Shown piece by piece: positions 57,538 to 64,000 of a stretch of DNA of 64,000 bases. The stretch covers positions 824,505 through 888,504 of the forward strand of contig NMRA01000093.1 in assembly GCA_002633005.1 (NCBI GenBank), given 5' to 3'. The position numbers were made by a program, and so were the translations under genes. This DNA is from Phoronis australis (lineage: Eukaryota > Animalia > Phoronida). The notes under the pieces are model-generated. The model was not told where the DNA came from. It searched no databases and worked only from the letters and a program-made list of their open reading frames with translations. How positions within the stretch are numbered: the first letter of the stretch is position 1; each line of letters opens with the position of its first letter.

Positions 57538-60500
57538 ATGTCTGAATCTTACATGGATGTCAACCAACTAATCAGGTGACAACCAACAAACACACGTCAC
57601 CTTGTGGTAGGTGGACATCCAGCATGGCTTCGTAAAGCTATAAAGGGATAGATAGTTGGTTAGTTGGTTGACCATCCAACATCCAATACCTGCTCCATGT
57701 AGTGGTCAAACAATCACTGACATATACAGCTAAGATGTAGTTAGTTGGTTGACATCCAACATCCAATAGCTGCCCCACCTGGTGGTCAAATCTTGAAGCT
57801 ATACAAAGGGACAGATAGAGATAGTTGGTTAGTTGGTTGACATCCAACATCCAATAGCTGCCCCACCTGGTGGTCAAATCTTGAAGCTATACAAAGGGAC
57901 AGATAGAGATAGTTGGTTAGTTGGTTGACATTCAACATCCAATAGCTGCTACACCTGGTGGTCAAACAATCACTGGAATATACAGCTAAGATGTAATTAG
58001 TTGGTTTACATTCAACATAGGAGCCCCACCTTGTGGTCAAATCATGAAGCTATACAAAGGGACATATAGTTGGTAAGTTGGTTGACATCCAACATCCAAC
58101 AGCAAATTTTAATTTAATTGCTGAAAAAACAATATATTTAAAAAAATTATTTGAAAAGTAAAACATGATCAAAAAGAAAATCTTAGAAAACAATTTTGAA
58201 AATATTTTGTATTTAAAATGGAAAATACAAAATGTTTTGCTTTTTGTTTTAGTCAGGTTTGATGTGTAACTTTGTTGGATTTTTTTGGGAAAGTGGAAAC
58301 TATACATTTTTGGAAACCCTATGGAATGACAAATCAGAAAATAATTGATTCCATTTTGGCGGCCATCTTGGCAGCCATCTTGCATTTTCAAAAATGGCGC
58401 CGGTAAAATGAACTTTTCCCAGTATCTCCACTTTTGGGTTACTTAGAAAGGTGGTTTTTATGGCTACACCTGCATTTCTCAGGTCAATGAATTGGAAATG
58501 TTAATTTTGGGCGCCATCTTGGATTTTTAAAAATGGCGCCCCTAAAATTCATTTTCCTCAGTATCTCTGCTCTTGGGTAACTTATAATGTTAGTTTTAAT
58601 GGCTGCACCCACATTTTGTTAGCAAGAAATCTGAAAATGCAACTAATTAAATGAGAAACATAATCAAAACCCCATTTATTAGCAGCCACATTTTCTAAAT
58701 GCATTCTCCATGTAATCTGACACATGATCACTGTATATTTTGTTCGGAGCTTGTTTCCTTCAAGACACTTAAAACTAAAGTAGTACCTAAACAACTTATT
58801 TACGTTTGAAGAACATGAAAGTATGATTTTTGTAGTGTCAATAGTCTTTCAAAATTTTGAAATCAGTCTATAGATCATTACTATAGCCATCACTGTCACC
58901 AGTAATCACATCACCATCACCATTCTGACATTCTGCACATTACTGACATAGATCTATGTAAGATAAATCCTTTGATCGGCAAGAGCATCTTTGGGATGAG
59001 GAATTGTTTTTGCACTAGCATCTAACCATCTCAATGATAGCCTCTAGCGCTGGAAGCACCTCAGTTGTGAGTGTTTCAGCTGGCCATCTTTGTCCTTGTA
59101 AATTCATTCTGCAATGGATCAAGGAACTCCTGTCGAGCAATGGCTGCCTGGCCCCACACTCTGGCTTGAACAAACACCCTCGTCACAAGCTGTTGCAAAG
59201 CACCAATGGTTGGTGGACGTTTGTTGCTGTCAGTCATATGTTTACAGAACAGAAAAGGTACCATCTCAGCTCTGAGATGCTGTTTGTGTCTATACCATGT
59301 TGTGAGTATGCACATGTACAAGGGATAATGTGAAAATAGGTTCACCTGTTACTTCGTAAGCAGTACAAAAAGTCTGCTGTGCATTAATATCATCGGTGTT
59401 TGCCTTCAAATATATATTCAACCTACAGAATGGACCTGTGTTGTCTGTTCACGTAAAAGCATGGAAAGCAGGAAGAGCCTTTGCCCGCGGACAGCACCTA
59501 ATATTGTCCATACTGGATTCACGTCCACAATCTCATATGCCACGGGGACTGAAGTACATCTGTATTTCTGAGAAGCCTGTCATAATAGGCAGTACCAGTA
59601 AATCTATGACAGGTGAAAAGAAAACATCAGCTGAGAACCAGGGACCATTTGATGTGATGCCAGAACTGCATGTACAGTGTATTAGCAATACATCTGCTTT
59701 TTGTGATCGTTTTCTTCTAAGCGTAGATCACGTCGGTTGCTCTTTGGGCATCCTGAAGCTGAAGTAATGGCTATCTTGGCAGAGTCTTTACTACATTCAA
59801 GTGTCTTTGCAAACAGACATTCAGTAAGTTGAGCCTTTTTTGGTCATGGGAGAGGAAACGGCTCATTGGGATGTTCATTATGTAAGTCTCGTCTCTTATC
59901 TGGTACTTGACCCTTTCTGTGCCTCCTCTTTTCTCTTGTGGCTTGTTTCAAAGAGTTGTCTTTGTGAGTGTCAAAAACCAAAATGATATCGTCATAATCT
60001 CTAGTTAAGAAAATCACTTCCATGCTATCTACACGTGCAGTTCTGTGGCTTGGGTGAACACACTCATTGGGTGTTGTTTACATGTTTTCTGGATCTAAGA
60101 CCTCTCTTGTAGCTGGATGGCTGTCCTGTTCTAAGACAGAAAGTTTCTGCAGAAGGTGGATTCGATTCGATTTGTCTGTGCATGACAGCATTGCCTCACT
60201 GGCAGCAAAGATTGCTTTTGGTATTAGAGTGAATTCATAGTGGCTCACAGCGTGTTTCTGGTCGATTTGCCCAGCAGGCTACAACTTCTGTGGTTCTCGT
60301 CATTGATCCTCAGTCAGGTTACTGCCAAGCTTATCTTCCATCCGACAGTCAAAGGCAAAATGTATTTCCATTGAGTAGAGGAGAACTGGATTCCAAAGTG
60401 AACAGTGGAAATAATAACGAAATCTTCAAAAGATATGTCTCAAATGTCTTTTCAAAAAGATATAGATATACACTGTAAATATACATGTACGTTAATCTGC

Positions 60501-62154
60501 GTTTCAGTGATTCCTTTAAATATCCTGGGGGTTCCTATCTGCTATTAAAATCATTTAGATTATATGTATCATTTTAGAAATAGTGTTTTTCAATTCCTTA
60601 TCCCACAAAATGTGGGTGCAGCCATTAAACCTAACATTCTGAGTGACCCAAGAGCAGAAATATTGAGCAACATATATTTTACGGGCGCCATTTGTGAATT
60701 TTTAAGATGGCCACCAATAAAATTAAAATTTCTAATTCATTGACTACAGAACTGCAGGTGTAGCCATAAAAACTAACATTCTCAGTGACCCAAGTGCGGA
60801 TATATTGGGCAAATTCCATTTTACCGGCGCCATCCAAGATGACAGCCAAGATGGCCACCGAAAAAATGGAATCAATTATTTTCTGATTCGTCAATCCATG
60901 AGGTTTCCGGAAATGTATGGTTTCCACTTTCCCAAAAAAATTCCAACGAATGTCAAAATTTGGACATAATGAACCTGACTATTTCCATTTTCAAATGATT
61001 TTAAGGTGAAAAGCAGCCCTTGGCTGCTACAGTTGATGACTTCATGTGAAGAATTTCTCGCTTACACTGGTCACCTTTCAGATTCCCTAAGCCCCGGCCC
61101 GGACAAATTTGATGATGGCTATTCAGCTCGCTCTTTGTATTGATGTAGATCTGAACTAATGAAGTAGAAAGATAATATCTAGCACTGTTGTTTCAACAAT
61201 GATACTTGTTATTTTACCCAAGTTGGTTTCCTCTGGCAATAGTGGAGTTGCAGCTGAGACTGTTTAAGGATTGCAACTGTGGAGAGTAGTTTTATCTTGT
61301 TATATTAAATATTACAAAGCGATTAACGTTAATTTGTTTTAACTTTATAATTGGCCTATTCCCAAAGGAACGATGGTTATAAATATGTTTCAAACCAATT
61401 TTTGTTGTTTCATTTTTAATATCCCTGTCTCCTTTTTTCTTATCGGGAACGGTTTAGTTGATAACTTTTTATTTTATTTTATTTTTAAGCTTGAATAACC
61501 AAAACAGTGGTAAAGTTTGATTGCCAGCGAAACTTAATTAGTTCAGTTTATTATCAACGAACTTTCCAAATTACAGCTACACTAAGCTAATCACAGCAAA
61601 CAAGCTACACGTGTCATTAGTTTAAGGTTAGTTTTTATTAACACTCAAGCCATAAAGTACATGTATACACTAAAATGCAAATATGGTGATAGCCAAATTG
61701 AAGATTTGGAATCTAGGACAATTTCAGTTGCACTGACTATTTGTAATTGCACCCTGTTGTGGCCGAGACATCATCCAAACTCCACCTCATTTGCTGTCTC
61801 CTTTTGCACCGTCTTGCCGCTTCACAACAAGGTGGGGCAGCTATTGGATGTTGGATGTCAACCAACTAACCAGCTATCTATCTCTTTGGATAGCATTAAT
61901 AGTTGTCCACCAGGTGGGGCAGCTATTGGATGTTGGTTGGCAACCAACTAACCAGCTATTTGTACCTTTAGAAAGCTTTAATAATTAACCACCACTGACT
62001 CTCCCTTTGGATAGCTTTAGTATTTTACCACCAGGTGGGGCAGCCAACTAACCAACTATTTCTTGGAATAGTTTTACAATTTGACCACAAGGTGTCGACA
62101 GAAGTAACGTGTACACCTAAGTAGTTAGGTGACATCCATTTAAGATTCTGACAT
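57538..62154. mobile_element. Foldback-type element with subterminal ~75-80 bp tandem repeats, interrupted by nested insertions
   Basis: atgtctgaatcttacatggatgtca ... tgacatccatttaagattctgacat; repeat unit (gttggttgacatccaacatccaatagctgccccacctggtgg) at about 57650-58100, inverted at about 61825-62090. Confidence 0.7.
58250..60981 (-). mobile_element. Internally deleted, decayed Academ-type DNA transposon
   Basis: ~370-bp imperfect TIRs, TAGTCAGGTT..AACCTGACTA termini, TTT on both flanks. Minus-strand remnants ALPAFHAFT*TD (XPG/H3TH-like), PPTIGALQQLVTRVFVQARVW and a Cys cluster with stops. Confidence 0.78.
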
Positions 62155-63095
62155 GTATGAGGCCAATGCAATGAAGTTGAAAATGTATGTTCAAACCTGT
62201 GGGAGAAATAATACCAAATAACCCTTGAACCATTTGACATTGCGAATCATAGAGAGAAGTGATTTACATGAAGGCTTCCCATAGAGCTCAGAATCACTGA
62301 AGTCTAGCTGACAACACAGAAGAGTCGAAATTCCTACGAAAGCTGCACTTGATGACCCAATAAACACCGAATGACCCCACCATATGGAATTGCACATTGC
62401 TTTATTGTGCTAACCGTTGACATCAAGCATAGAGCTCAAAATTTATGTTTGCACCGCGCAACCTTTGAACTATTCACGCTTATTAGGCGACTCTGCTGCT
62501 TAAAAAGCTATATGTAATAATGGAGTAGCTGGTCTAAAACTTGTTCACTGAAGTTGATAATGTATTTGTGCAAAACTGAAATAAAATGAATTTTAAAGAG
62601 TAGATGACACTTGCACAAGTTAACACTTTCCGGCAACCGCATGTGCCATAGTAGTACAAAGATATGAATTACCTTGAAGATGTGGATATTCCTGAAAGTC
62701 ACGAAGGTATAACTGTCGCCACACAGCAATGCGAGCTGGAGGAAAAAGTCGAAAGTTCCGAAGAATCTTCCTAATGACTCCTTGAATGCGCCATGTTAAG
62801 TGCACAGAGACCAGTGGCCGATTGCATGAAACTGTTCCAACAGGAACTGAAACATAATCCCTAAATTTCTGGTGCATTTGTTGATCCTGTTCACACACTG
62901 ATGTTAATCTTCCCAGCACGTTCCTCTGTAGTGATTGTAATGTAAATAATCAGGGACTTTTTCATGCAACGCCATTAGTCTAATGAATTGGTTCCCATCC
63001 TATTAATTTTCAATAATATTAAGAGCATGTTCGCGAATGGACCAGGCAGAGGGTGATAAACGCTATGTCACAGATTCTCTTTATATTTTGTCTGN

Positions 63096-63593
63096 ACTTT
63101 TTATGCCAAATAGTGGCTTGTTAATTTTGAAGAAAAATTACTTATTTCTAAGTTTCCCGCCAAATGATGCAATGGGTGGAAGACGGTTGGCCGCTTGACA
63201 ATCATTTGCAATATCGGAACACTGCAGGTCAGAAGACAATTACAATATTAGGCGAGAATTGGCCAATTATTATGCAGACAGAGAGGAGAGTGGATATGGG
63301 CACTTATACTCAAGTACTTGAAGAATCAGACAATGAATTCGATTTCCCATTTAGCGAACTTTCGTCGGGTTTCAGGCCGTATGAACTCGACCCACTTGCA
63401 CGAGAAATGACATATGTGAGCCACAACCAACTCTACCAAGTGGTGCACTACTCACAAAATAGACACTTAATAATTACTGACAAAGGCCACAGGCAACCTG
63501 GGTTACTCGTATTCACTATTGCCGTGATGGAATGAGCACCATCTAAACACAATATGCATAAGCCTACTTGTAGTAGCACTCGATCTCGGCCGG
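63096..63593 (+). repeat. Apparently exact copy of 56320-56817 on a small N-bounded contig
   Basis: Identical 123-aa ORF in both; bounded by single Ns at 63095 and 63666. Confidence 0.8.
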
Positions 63594-64000
63594 GGTCCGG
63601 GGCCTGGCATCACTCGCCCTAGAATGGAAGCAGTTTGTTTGTTATTTACAAAATTTGCAAATGCANACAGTGTGGCATGTTGACTGACTAATAAATGAAA
63701 GCAAACGACGACGGAACTTAACACAACCGAGGTAGAACAATGACTGACTCGGCAGCTCTCACAGCCATACTATATGAAAAGAAATTGGCGCAAAATGCTT
63801 GCCTCCTAAAACGTCACTTCCGCAGTAGCGGACGAGTAATTAATAAATTACGAAAAGCTGTAATTAAGTGGAAAATATGTCTAGGATAACCAATCAACCT
63901 TATTTTAGCTCAAAATGACATGGAAAAAGGTTGCCTTCGCCTTTAAGAGCATGTTCGCGAATGGACCAGGCAGAGGGTGATAAACGCTATGTAACATATT

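Noticed and set aside
57638-58100. Regularly repeated units resembling a CRISPR array or repeat-protein ORFs
   Set aside because: Eukaryotic context, no unique spacers, no cas genes; a minisatellite arm of a foldback element.

Overview
AT-rich, intron-rich eukaryotic (animal, probably invertebrate) draft-assembly DNA with several N gaps. The first 34 kb holds the middle and 3' part of a + strand type I ferlin gene (myoferlin/dysferlin-like). I traced 30 GT-AG exons from 814 to 34014; every junction phase is compatible and together they give about 1390 codons covering the C2, FerA, FerB and DysF regions. The final C2/transmembrane exons are absent. A second + strand gene encoding a CAP/SCP (PR-1/CRISP-like) domain is visible as exons at 40921-41104 and 52080-52237. 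Most of the rest is transposon material: two decayed Academ-type DNA transposons (TAG..CTA ends, 3-bp TSD), a frameshifted BEL/Pao LTR retrotransposon, a TTAA-flanked Kolobok-like element, LINE fragments, MITEs, and a foldback element carrying nested insertions. Two duplications next to single-N gaps look like assembly artefacts. The most notable signal is a LINE-like zinc-knuckle fragment in a ferlin intron (12423-12697). It has good splice sites and would splice in frame via an alternative acceptor. I found no convincing evidence for a wholly new biological system. All family calls come from motif recognition by eye, with no database search.
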